DNA of 64,000 nucleotides from Octopus sinensis (lineage: Eukaryota): positions 8,990,001 through 9,054,000 of the forward strand of contig NC_043022.1 in the NCBI RefSeq assembly GCF_006345805.1, written 5' to 3'. Within the stretch, counting starts at the first letter, position 1, and every line of letters starts with the position of its first letter. This document shows, piece after piece, positions 12,715 through 23,940 of this stretch. The notes under the pieces are model-generated. The model did not search any database, was not told the origin of the DNA, and saw only the letters and a list, made by a program, of their open reading frames with translations. A program made the translations under genes and the position numbers.

Positions 12715-13049
12715 ATGTATGTTAGGTTGGAGAAGAAAGTTGCAGAATTTCAAGATGGGAAAGTAACAAATGCTTCTATGGCCTTAATTCATCTATCAAC
12801 AGAGATAATATTTCCTTTCATTATCATTTTCAAATTTTAGCAGAATGCCAGCAATTTCAGTGGGGGAAGGGAAATCAATTATGTCGACCCCAGCATTCAA
12901 CTGGTACTTATTTTATCTACCCTGAAAGCATGACAGGCAAAGTCAACCTTAGTGGAATTTGAACTCAAAATATAAGGATGGATGAACTACCACTAAGCAT
13001 TTTGCTCAGCAGGCTAATGATTCTGCTAGCTCACTGCCTTAATATTTTC

Positions 13050-14390
13050 CTCTCGTTATTGATAAGATAGACCAATCTACTTGGTCAAATGTTGATCCCT
13101 TAGGCATAAAATTTTCCAGGTTATGAATAAAAGAAACACTGAGTATCATTATTTAAGCTCTTCACAATTAACTGTTTTCCCTCTAAATAATGCTGTATAG
13201 ATCTGAAAAGATGACAGTCATGTGCAAGATATGAGAGTACGAACGATGAGGCAAAAGGTTCATATTTAGTGTCCTAATCTTTTCCTAAATGACCTGAGCA
13301 GTATGTGGTCTTGTATTATCATGTAGGATCAGCACCCCTTTATCAATGACCTATGATGGGTGCTTTTTCTGAAAATTTTTGTGTAATGCTTTCAGTTGAC
13401 AACAATGCTTCTCCATATTAACTGCTTCATTTTGTTTTAAAATAATAATAATGAAACTATTGTATACAGTGCTCAGGTGCACCACAACTTGTCAGAAAGT
13501 GCGTATAAAGTATATGCAGTAATGTACAAATGTCTGGAAAGCGAACAGTGTATGAGTCAGATACATGCTTGCGTGTGTATGGAGAGGAGAAAATCAGGTG
13601 CAGTGTTGACGAATCTCAGGAAGCATGGAAGTTTTGAAGGATGCAGTGCTCCGACAACTAACAACTAATGCCGGCAGTTTGTTCCATGCTTCAGCAACTC
13701 TTAGTGTGAATAAATGTTTCCTAAAGTCATGAGAGCTGTGCTGTTTACTGACTTTGTAAATATGCCCACAGTGTTAGACTTTATAGTATACGACACCTGT
13801 GATATCCCCCACTAAGCACAGATTGTAACATTTCTAGGGCATAGTCCTGGTTTGGGGCTGGAATCTCCTTTTTCACTGGGTGCTAACCATTGTTGTTCTC
13901 ATTCTATATGAATCTAGAAAACTTGCTTTTCATCATTTGTGATGATTCTGTATACCAAACGGTTCAGTAGCAAGTCTACTCTTTAATGACAAGCAAGGGG
14001 CAACTCTGAATTAAGCTGAGAAGCAGTTATATGATGAGGGACACACTGGCCAAGTTTAGACCCTCTTCTCACTTCACGAAGGTGTTCTTTTGTAAATTTT
14101 CATGCAGTTTGCTAATGGATTTTCCTCAACTATTAGTTTCAAAAGCCCAATATTGACAGAACTTCATGGTCTAGATCAAGGGAATCTGTGAAAGAAAAAT
14201 TTCCCAAGTGAAACTATCCAAACCATCATTCATAAGTCCAGACGCTTAAAGCTTCATTTCTATCGAGAGAATATTATTTCTCACCACTTCCATTGCTGAA
14301 GAGCTCCTTTTGAATTCATACAGCATACAGTGTCTGATATGGGTATGATCTAAGCTCATTTTCAACATGTAAAATTGATATGAATTTAAC
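13050..14390 (-). pseudogene. Degenerate mariner (Mos1-like) transposase, near full length, interrupted by a CR1 fragment
   Basis: N-terminal HIRHCMLYEFKR. Mid-region RIITNDEK-like motif. C-terminal ILHDNTRPH...LLPHRSYS...DCHLFRSIQHYL. Confidence 0.8.
13437..13790 (-). mobile_element. CR1/L2-like LINE 3' end nested in the mariner
   Basis: Minus-strand RVAEAWNKLPA, typical of the CR1 ORF2 terminus, with an (ATT)n tail. Confidence 0.65.
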
Positions 14391-14399
14391 CACTCTGGT

Positions 14400-15672
14400 A
14401 GATGAGATGAGATGCAGTTCGGTTTTGTGCCGGGTAGAAGCACCACTGATGCTATATTCCTGGTCCGACAACTGCAGGAGAAGTACCTAGCTAAAGATAA
14501 ACCTCTCTACATAGCTTTTGTGGACTTGGAGAAAGCCTTTGACAGGGTTCCCTGTTCCCTTATCTGGTGGTCGATGCGGAAACTGGAGATTGACGAATGG
14601 CTAATAAGGGCTGTACAGGCTCTATACAGAGAGGCTGTCAGCAAGGTTAGGATTGGCAACGAATATAGTGAAGAATTCCGGGTAGAAGTAGGTGTGCACC
14701 AAGGCTCAGCCCTCAGTCCCCTTTTATTCATCATAGTCCTCCAGGCAATAACAGAGGAATTCAAAACAGGATGCCCCTGAGAGCTCCTCTATGCTGATGA
14801 CCTGGCTCTCATAGCAGTTATAGTAAGCAGAAAGGCGAACTCAGCACACACCCCCCTGGGGCAGGTGGCCCTGCTCGATCTGTAGGAAAGGTGTAGGTAG
14901 AAACTCCATAAGATGCACCCAATGTAAGCTATGGACGCACAAGAGGTGCAGCAACATTAAAGGGAAATTAACAGATAAGATAGCTTTCATGTGCGGCAGA
15001 TGCACAGGGACAATAGACACCACAGACACTCAGAAAACAGATTCCATCACACTCCAGGGAGAGAAACTAGAAGTAGTTGATAGTTTCCGCTACCTGGGTG
15101 ACCAAGTTAGTAGTGGAGGTGGATGCACAGAGAGTATCACCACTAGAATACGAATAGCCTGGGCAAAGTTCATAAAGCTCCTACCCCTACTGGCGACAAA
15201 GGGTCTCTCGCTCAGAGCGAAAGGTAGATTGTATGATGCATGTGTGCGAACTGCCATACTTCACGGTAGTGAAACATGGGCCGTGACTGCAGAGGACATG
15301 CGTAGAGTTGAAAGAAATGAAGCTAGCATGATCCGCTGGATGTGTAATGTCAGTGTGCATGCACGACAGAGTGTAAGCACCCTGAGAGAAATGCTGGATA
15401 TAAGAAGCATCAGATGTGGTGTGCAAGAGCGATGCTTGCGATGGTATGGTCATGTGCTGCGGATGGATGAGGAGAGATGTGTGAAGAAGTGCCACTCCCA
15501 AACAGTTGAAGGTATCAGGGGGAGAGGTAGACCCAGGAAGACATGGGATGAGGTAGTCAAGCATGACCTCAGAGCGTTGGGCCTCACTGAGGCAATGGCG
15601 AAGGACCGAGATCTCTGGAGATATGCTGTGACTGCAAAGACCCGGGCTGCTTCCTGCATCAGTTCCGCATAG
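14400..15672 (+). pseudogene. RTE-clade LINE reverse transcriptase, 5'-truncated, with an internal deletion, a stop and a PHD-finger insert
   Basis: QFGFVPGRSTTDAIF, DLEKAFDRVP, GVHQGSALSPLLF, LLYADD, FRYLG, LHGSETW, RWYGHVLRM, RGRGRPRKTW (ORFs 14412-14780 and 14989-15672). Confidence 0.95.
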
Positions 15673-16246
15673 CCCCTGCCCATTCAAAGTACCCCGGTTC
15701 CCAGAGCGTCCCGCTGTGCTTGAGGAGACCTGTTGAGTCAGATACATGAACATGAACGTCGAAATAAATATCAATGGAAATAGTAGTTGTGATGCCTGTG
15801 CTGGTGGCACATAAAAAGCACCATCCGAACGTGGCCGATGCCAGCGCCGCCCTGACTGGCTTCTGTGCCGGTGGCACATAAAGAGCACCATCCGAACGTG
15901 GCCGATGCCAGCGCCGCTCCAACTGGCTCCTGTGCCGGTGGCACATAAAAAGACCATCCGAACGTTGCCAGCTCCGCCTTGGCTGGCTTCCGTGCCGCTG
16001 GCACGTTAAAAGCTCCAACCGATCGTGGCCAATGCCTGACCCACCCTGGCACCTGTGCAGGTGGCACGTAAAAAGTACCCACTACACTCGTGGAGTGGTT
16101 GGCGTTAGGAAGGGCATCCAGCCATAGAAACTCTGCCAGATCAGACTGGAACCTGGAGCAGCCCCTGGCTTCCCAGACCCCGGTCGAACCGTCCAACCCG
16201 TGCTAGCGCGGAAAACGGACGTTAAACGATGATGATGATGATGATG
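15673..16246 (+). mobile_element. 3' UTR of the RTE with about 67-bp tandem repeats and a (GAT)n tail
   Basis: Contiguous with the RT. The same UTR-plus-tail sequence recurs at several loci in the window. Confidence 0.85.
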
Positions 16247-16697
16247 GTATGAAGTTATCTGCAAAGAAAGAAAAGAAAAAACACATTAGAATGCAAAAAT
16301 CAATGCTTATTTTACCATAAATATTGAAACAAAAGTACCCTCAAAGTAATCATGTTAAAACTGCAAAAGGAACAGGATTTCTTTCCAATCTAATACATAT
16401 ACAAGTTACTTATTTTCTTAAGCCATTTTAACCCAGGTTAACCCTCACGAAATTTTGAAAATAGTTGTATAGGGATAACAAACATAAGGAAGTGTCCATT
16501 TAACCTTTACTGCAGTAAATAAACGAAATACAACTGTCCTCAAATGTGGACAGTGGGTTTATATGGGTTAAAGAAGTGTTGGAGAAATAATAAAACTTTT
16601 ATGCAATGTATCACAAAAGACAATAAAAAGAATAGTACATACATATACACACACGTACATGTGTGTATATATATTTATACATGTGTGTGTAAATATA

Positions 16698-16747
<50 letters not shown>

Positions 16748-16899
16748 TACGTATGTATAGATCACAGTATCGACCAGACTGTCAGATATCTTTATACATC
16801 ACTGGTCACAATGCACTTCACATTGTTTTAGCTGTCAAATGATGCTACCCCTCTGGCTGGACAAGCAGGCCAATGTGTGTGTGTGTGTGTGTGTATAAG

Positions 16900-17035
16900 A
16901 CATTCAAAATGCAATATAATGTTGTACAATGCATTGTATACTGTAAGATGTCTGTGTGTGGTCCTTTTTTTAATTGTCTCTAAGTACATCATATTACAGT
17001 GTAAATTATATTACATTACAGTACTAGTTCAAGTA
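16900..17035. repeat. Partial inverted copy of the palindromic element at 20050-20225
   Basis: Reverse-complement match to about 20075-20195. Confidence 0.65.
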
Positions 17036-17096
17036 GTCTACTTTAAATAGCATAAACTATGGAATAAAACTGAAGACATAACTAAAAGCTTTGATA

Positions 17097-17500
17097 GGCG
17101 CAGGAGTGGCTGTGTGGTAAGTAGCTTGCTTACCAACCACATGGTTCCAGGTTCAGTCCCACTGCATGGCATCTTGGGCAAGTGTCTTCTGCTATAGCCC
17201 CAGGCCGACCAATACCTTGTGAGTGGATTTGGTAGACGGAAACTGAAAGAAGCCTGTCGTATATATGTATATATGTATGTGTGTGTATATGTTTGTGTGT
17301 CTGTGTTTGTCCCCCTAGCATTGCTTGACAACCGATGCTGGTGTGTTTATGTCCCCATCACTTAGCGGTTCGGCAAAAGAGTCCAATAGAATAAGTACTG
17401 GGCTTACAAAGAATAAGTCCCAGGGTCGATTTGCTCGACTAAAGGTGGTGCTCCAGCATGGCTGCAGTCAAATGACTGAAACAAATAAAAGAGTAAAGAG
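17097..17500 (+). mobile_element. Full-length family A tRNA-derived SINE (reference copy)
   Basis: Head GGCGCAGGAGTGGCTGTGTGGTAAG...GGTTCAGTCC, central (TA)(TG) tract, 3' GACTGAAAC-(AAAGAGT)n tail. More than 15 homologues in the window. Confidence 0.9.
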
Positions 17501-17739
17501 TATATCATAAAATAATGTTGTAGCAATCTATGAATTTATGAATTAAAATAGAAATAAGAACCTCTACAAAGCATGGAACCTCCACTGAATTTCACACATT
17601 TTCATTAATTTGCTAAGACCTGGAGAGAACTCCAAGGAACAACCTGTTTTGATTATATTATAACCACTCTCAGTGGACCATAAACCTCACTATGGAACCT
17701 CCATGTATCTCTAGTTATCCATTCATTCACTGCACCAGC

Positions 17740-18110
17740 ACCTCCTAGAAGGGTCATGGGTTAAGACCCAAGCACTCCATCATAGCTCCTACCAGAAACA
17801 ACTATCATTACACTTTCCTGCTGAATTCTCAAGCATGACCAAATGAGACTATGGATATTATCCAATGGTCTTATTCTTGATTTACTCTTAGGTCTCCTGC
17901 TGGTTGGCTCAGTTTGAAGAATCTGTCTTATAATCCTTTCCTGTGACATTCTAATCACATATCTGTGGTACCAGAGTAATGACTTCTCGATGGGAAGAAG
18001 TAGTGGCTCAACCTGGAGAGGTTCCCTGATCTCCATGTTATGCACCCTGTCTTGTAATGTTGTTACTCCAGACACCCTCCAGAGGAACCCTATTGCAGTG
18101 ATGATGGGCA
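17740..18110 (-). mobile_element. Second RTE family, degenerate 3' RT end
   Basis: QVEPLLLPIEKS..W...VIRMSQERIIRQIL...RRPK. Homologues at 18840-19130, 25110-25920 and 32780-33000. Confidence 0.7.
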
Positions 18111-19329
18111 TGGAAAACAAGTTAAAGATAGCAAGTTTGTTTTTTTTTTGGGGGGGGCAACTTCTCCCCTTCTAAATATCATATTCTGGGGTTAGCACAA
18201 GTGGTGGTAAGAGAGTCTCAAAGGAGCTGAACAGCAGAAGGTCTTCAGAGAAGAATCCCTGCCACCATCTCAGGCAAGTGTTTCAGCCCTTAACTTCTTA
18301 CACTCAAAGATAGCTGGGCTTTCTACCAATACTTCTTAGCCCCTTGGATATCAGAGACTTGTGCATTTAAACAGCATGGATGTTTCATCTAGTTGTAACT
18401 CCTCTCTGCTGACTCACCTACAATTCTAGCAGCATCCAATTTAGCTTCCAGCTGAATTTCCATGGATCTCACAAATTTTAATTATACTGGCAAGACCAGA
18501 GGACAATACAAGAGTCAACATATTTTGGTCACACAATGACCACCCTCAATGAACCATAAACCTCATGATGGAATTTCTACAAATTTTAGTTATTTTGGCA
18601 AGACTAGAGACAACTTCAAGAGACATGTTTTGATTAAACTATGACCACCTCTAATGAACCATAAACCTCACTATGGAATTTCCATGGGTCTCAGGAATCT
18701 TAATTATTTTGACAAGACCAAACATGAGACAACTCCAAAAGACAACATGTTTTGGTTATATTATGACCACTCTCTGTAAACCATAAATCTCACAATGGAA
18801 TTTCCATCCAATCCATCTGGTTTTTTTCTTTGTCCACTATTCCTGGGAGGGTCATAGAGGTAGAGTCTTTGGGCACCTCCTCCATAGGGTCTTATCAGAA
18901 GCAACTGTCATTATACATTCTGGTTAGATTCCCAAGCATGACCAGCTGAGATTATGGGTCAGCTTGAAGAATCCAGTTATTTCCTGTGACCTTCTAACCA
19001 CATGTCCACAGTACTGGAGCTGTGAGTTCTCAATGCAGAGAAATAACCACTCAACCTAACCTAGCAAGACTCTTCAATCTCCAAGCGATGTACCCTGTCA
19101 AGTAATATTTCACCAGAGATCCTCCAGCAAAACCCCATTTCAACTGCTTGTGTTTATTATCATACTCTTCCTCTTCCAGTCAGTACCTAACTTTCATGAC
19201 TGTATGTGAAGATAAGCTAAATTGAAGATAACATGTTTGGTTTTTCTTATCAGCCTCTCTTCTTCTGAGGATGGAATGCTGGATCTGATGCATTACTTTG
19301 TTATTGGCTGAAGTTTTAGTATCCAGTTG

Positions 19330-19930
19330 AGCTTCTTGCTGAATTTTCATGGACTTCAGGAATTTTAATTATTTTGGCAAGACCAGAAGACGACTCCAAG
19401 AGACATGTTTTGGTCATATTATGACCACCACCAGTGAACTATAAACCTTACTCTGGAATTTCCATGGATTTCCCGAATTTTAATTATTTTGGGAAGACCA
19501 GAAGACAACTCCAAGGGACATGTTTTGGCCATATTATGACCACCACAAGTGAACTATAAACCTTACTCTGGAATTTCCATGGATTTCCCGAATTTTAATT
19601 ATTTTGGGAAGACCAGAAGACAACTCCAAGGGACATGTTTTGGCCATATTATGACCACCACCAGTGAACTATAAACCTTACTCTGGAATTTCCATGGATT
19701 TCCCGAATTTTAATTATTTTGGGAAGACCAGAAGACAACTCCAAGGGACATGTTTTGGCCATATTATGACCACCGCCACCACCAACGAACCATAAACCTC
19801 ACTATGGAATTTCCATGGATGTCATGGATTTTGATTATTTCAGCAAGACCAGGGATAACTCCAAGAGACAGAGAGACAGCATACTATGATCGTACCATGA
19901 CCATCCTCAATGAACCATAAACCTCGCTAT
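19330..19930. repeat. 115-bp tandem repeat (minisatellite)
   Basis: GACCAGAAGA recurs at 19381, 19496, 19611 and 19726. Central copies are near-identical. Diverged monomers at about 17560-17720 and 18450-18800. Confidence 0.92.
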
Positions 19931-20049
19931 TTTTACAATCACCAAGTAATTTATACAAGTTCACTGATTAGCATAGAAAACTCAGAATGTTTAGAGAATA
20001 AATTAGTTTTTCAATTGTTCACTCTAACTAACTTCACATGATTGTATAA

Positions 20050-20225
20050 TTAAAATAACTAATCAAATAATTAGTACTGTAATGTAATATAATTTACGCT
20101 GTAATATAATGTACTTAGTTAGAGATGATAAAAAAAAAGACCACACACACATCTTACCGTATACAATGCATTGTACGACATTATATTGCATTATAATACT
20201 AATTATTTGATTTAGTTATTTTAAC
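20050..20225. mobile_element. Palindromic AT-rich MITE-like element
   Basis: AAAATAACTAATCAAATAATTAGTA... pairs with ...TACTAATTATTTGATTTAGTTATTTT. Confidence 0.55.
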
Positions 20226-20832
20226 TAAAATTATACTTTCTAATGTTTCCTCCAAATTGACATGTTTACAGCATACTGACTTAATTAATGATGGAATCAA
20301 TCAACATTGTTCACAGAATTCACAGACTTCAAATGTTGTTTAATACATCGTATTGTGTTATGTATGTATGTGTGTGTGTGTGTCTGTGTGTGTGAGAGAG
20401 AGAGAGAGAGTGAGAAGAGTGTATCTGTCTGTGAGTGTATGTATGTGTGTCTGTGAAAGTAAGGGTTTATATGAGTGCGTCTGTATATGTGAGAGTGAGT
20501 ATATGTCACTCTGTGTGCGAGAGTGTCTTTATGTGTGTGTGGGAGAGAGAGAGAGACAAACAGACAGACACACAAAGTAAACGGCTATATGAGAGTGAGT
20601 ATATGTAATTTCATGTGATAGAATTTGTGTGTATGTGTTTGCGTGTGTGTGTGTGAGAGAGAGAGAAGAGAGTATCTGTCTGTGAGCATGTGTATGTGTG
20701 TCTGTGAAAGTAAGTGTTTGTATGAGTTTGTATATATATGTGAGAGTATGTGTCATTTTGTGTCTGATAAAGTATCTGTCTCTGAAGGAGCCTCTATGTG
20801 TGTGTGTGTGGTCTGTGTCTCTGTGTGTGTGT

Positions 20833-20868
<36 letters not shown>

Positions 20869-21379
20869 GCAAGACAGGTAGCAGACAGACAGACAGACTG
20901 TAAAAGGCTATGTGTGTCTGTATATGTGAGTATATATCATTGTATGTGATAGAGAGTATCTTTCTAGGAGTGAGTGTGTGTGTGTGTGTGTGAAGGAGAG
21001 AGAGGATGTCTGTGTGTGCATGAAGGAGAGAGATGTCTGTGTGTGTGAAGGAGAGAGAGGATACCTTTGTGTGTGTATGTGTGTGTGAAGGAGAGATAAA
21101 GGATGTCTTTGTGTATGCGTGTGTGTGTGTGTGTGTGTGTGCAGGAGAGAGAGACATGTGATAGAGGGAGAGGCTGTGTATTCTTGTGTGTCTGTGTACA
21201 TATGTCTCTGCATGTGAGGGGAGAAAATGAGGTACAAAGAAGAAAGTTCTTGACAAAGCAAGAAGGAGAAAGTAATTTTCTTGCATTTCTCCCCCCACCT
21301 CTTTCCTCTTCCTCTCCATCTCTCCCTTTCGCTCTTCATCTCTCTCCCCTGTCTTTCCTTCTGTCCTCCCTCAAAATCC

Positions 21380-22700
21380 ATGGCAATATTTATAAATCCT
21401 AAGACATCTGCCAACTCAGTTTCAGTACGCAGTTTATCAAATCATTTGTTAATGAGTACAACTAATGATAATACTCAGTCTTCCTTGCCAGGGTTTATTA
21501 ATACCTAAAATAAATGCTTTGTGGAGGCACATGGCCTAGTGGTTAGAGCAACGAACTCACGGTTGAGGGATCGCGGGTTCGAATCTCAGACCGAGCGATG
21601 TGTGTGCTTATGAGCGAAACACCTAAGCTCCATGCAGACCCGGCAGAAGGTAATGGCAAAACTTCTGCTGATTCTTTCGCCACAACTTTCTCTCACTCTT
21701 TCCTCCTGCATCTTGCAGCTCACCTGCGACGGACCGGCGTCCCGTCCAGGTGGGGAACCTATATGCCAAGAAACCGGGAAACCGGCCTTTATGAGCCAGG
21801 CATGGCTCAAGAAGGAACAAACAATAAAACAAATGCTTTGCTTTGTAGCTTTGAGAGATGTAGAGGTGCTGCTGTGACACCTTGTGTCTCTTGGATGAGG
21901 CTTGGCAGAGTCCATCTCTCTTCAAGTTTGCTTACAGCAGATTCCATTGCCTGATCGTCCTGCAACATTATCCTCTAGCCTCTTTATTACTTTATTTAGT
22001 CTTTGATTCTTCTCAAAGCTAGTAATCTCATTCTTTCATTAATCTATGTCTTATTTAAATTTTGAAATAAGCTCCTTCCATCCTATGTATTATTTTTCTC
22101 CTTCCTTGAAGTTAGACGTGTTTTAAACCTGGCTATTATTTCTCTCCTGAATGCAACGAGCGAGCAGAATAATTAGCACACCAGGCAAAATGCTTTGTGG
22201 CATTTCTTCCAGCCAAACATTCTGAGTTCAAATTCTGTTGAGGTCAACTTCACCTTTCTTCTTTAATAAAATTAGTAGCAGTAGAGCACTAGGGTTGATG
22301 TAATCAACTAAACCCTTCCCTATAAAAATTCCAGATTTTTTCCCTAGAGCAGAAAGGATTATTTCTCTCCTGACCATTTATTGGTCTTTTTCCTATTTAT
22401 TGGTCAATTTGTTTTTTCTACTTAACCATGTTCTTCAGCTTTTCACTGTTTCGAAGATGTCTTCCACCTCCAGCTGGGATATCCATTGTCCTTCCATGAA
22501 TAGATTTCTCTGGTGTACAAGTCTTTGTTCTGTAGTAGTAAACATGTCTTTTTCTATCCATTTTTTTATGCAACTTTTTCTTGCATGCTATTTTGGCAAA
22601 TTCACTCCTATTGTAACAATTCATGATAATTCTGTTATTCTTGCAGCAGTATTTTTATAACAACCAGGTCCTTCATGCTGCAAAGTGAGATATTTGCGAT
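21380..22700 (-). mobile_element. Degenerate 5' ORF region of an R4/Dong-like LINE, with nested SINEs
   Basis: Minus-strand KKWIEKDMFTTTEQRLVHQRNLFMEGQWISQLEVEDI resembles the R4-clade N-terminal motif (W.EKGMF..TEQRL.DQ...I....WLS.LELEEI). Confidence 0.55.
21521..21830 (+). mobile_element. Family C tRNA-derived SINE
   Basis: A box TGGCCTAGTGG, B box GGTTCGAATC. TSD AAATGCTTT at 21512-21520 and 21831-21839. Confidence 0.92.
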
Positions 22701-23599
22701 GCAGGAGACCTTTACTTGAGGACCCAGCTCATTATCACTATTGTGATAATTCTTTTATAAGGAGGATTTTGGCATTAAAGTATTACACCCATAAGTGTCT
22801 CTATTAAGACACCACTTCTCGGGGCCAACAACCAAGACTAAAGAGACCCTCTTCTCTTTGTGGTAGGTCTAACCCTACCAAAGTCAGTCTCAATAGTTTA
22901 TGGTATTGAGTTTCTTATCATTATTGTTACCATCCTGTGCTGGTCATACAGTTTATAATGGTTAGATAGGTTAATAACAGTGGCAACTCCAGAAACAATA
23001 ATTCTTTCTAATCTTGGCACAAGGCCAGCAATTTTGAGGATGGTGGGGAAATCAATTACATCAACCCCAGTACTTAACTGGTTCTTTATTTTCCCAATAA
23101 ACGGGTAAAAAAGGCAAAGTTGACCTCAACAGTATTTGAACTCAGAACCTAAAGAACTGAAAAAAAAGGCTGCTAAGCATTTTGTCCAGTGTGCTAATGA
23201 TTCTGCCAGCAACGACAATAAAGAAATACTACTTCGATGGCTGTTGACTCTCCTGATTTCATCCATCCTTTGATAGGTTTTATTTCTTTATCCTCCTGGG
23301 TCTCCAAATAGAAGCAACACTCTTCTTGTTCAGCATGCTCTATGGAGTTGCCAATTTAGATGCCAATAGCCCTGCTTTTATGGGTGTTGTCTTGTCATCC
23401 TCAATCATGTTACAGCTTTTCTTAATATCATTGCTGTTGTTGTTATTACTGTTGCAGTATTGTGCATTATGGCAAATTATCTCATAAAGAAAGATTTATT
23501 AATTAATAGAACAAGACATAATTTCAGTTGAATTACTGAAAGGTTAAAGCTTGCTAATCTTTTCCATTTCATTTAATATGTACCAAACAATAACAACTC

Positions 23600-23779
23600 T
23601 GTCAACATCTTCATCATCTTCATCATTACTATTATTATTATCCTTATTATTATTACCATTATTATCATTACCATAATGACTATTATTATTATTATTATTA
23701 TTATCATTCAGCCATATCATTGTTTTTACTATTATTATAATCATCTCTATCATTATTATTACTATTACTACTTTCATCA

Positions 23780-23816
<37 letters not shown>

Positions 23817-23940
23817 CAATATCACTTTTTTTATTATTATCATTATAACTATTATTATTATCATTATTACTATTATTATTATCTTCATCATCATTATCAC
23901 TATTATTGCTATTACTTTTATTATTATGATTTTTATCACC
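23600..23940. repeat. (TTA/TCA)n compound trinucleotide microsatellite
   Basis: Direct reading. Explains ORFs 23544-24026 and 23676-24242. Confidence 0.95.

Noticed and set aside
15187-15957. 256-aa minus-strand ORF
   Set aside because: Antisense to the RTE RT and its repetitive UTR, with no independent motif.
15785-16085. CRISPR-like appearance (conserved palindromic repeat plus spacers)
   Set aside because: The spacers are homologous to each other, the array is part of an RTE 3' UTR repeated across the window, there are no cas genes, and the context is eukaryotic.
21521-21595. Possible tRNA genes (also 845-918, 33059-33130 and family A/B heads)
   Set aside because: A and B boxes are present, but they continue into SINE bodies with TSDs and no complete cloverleaf or acceptor stem is evident.
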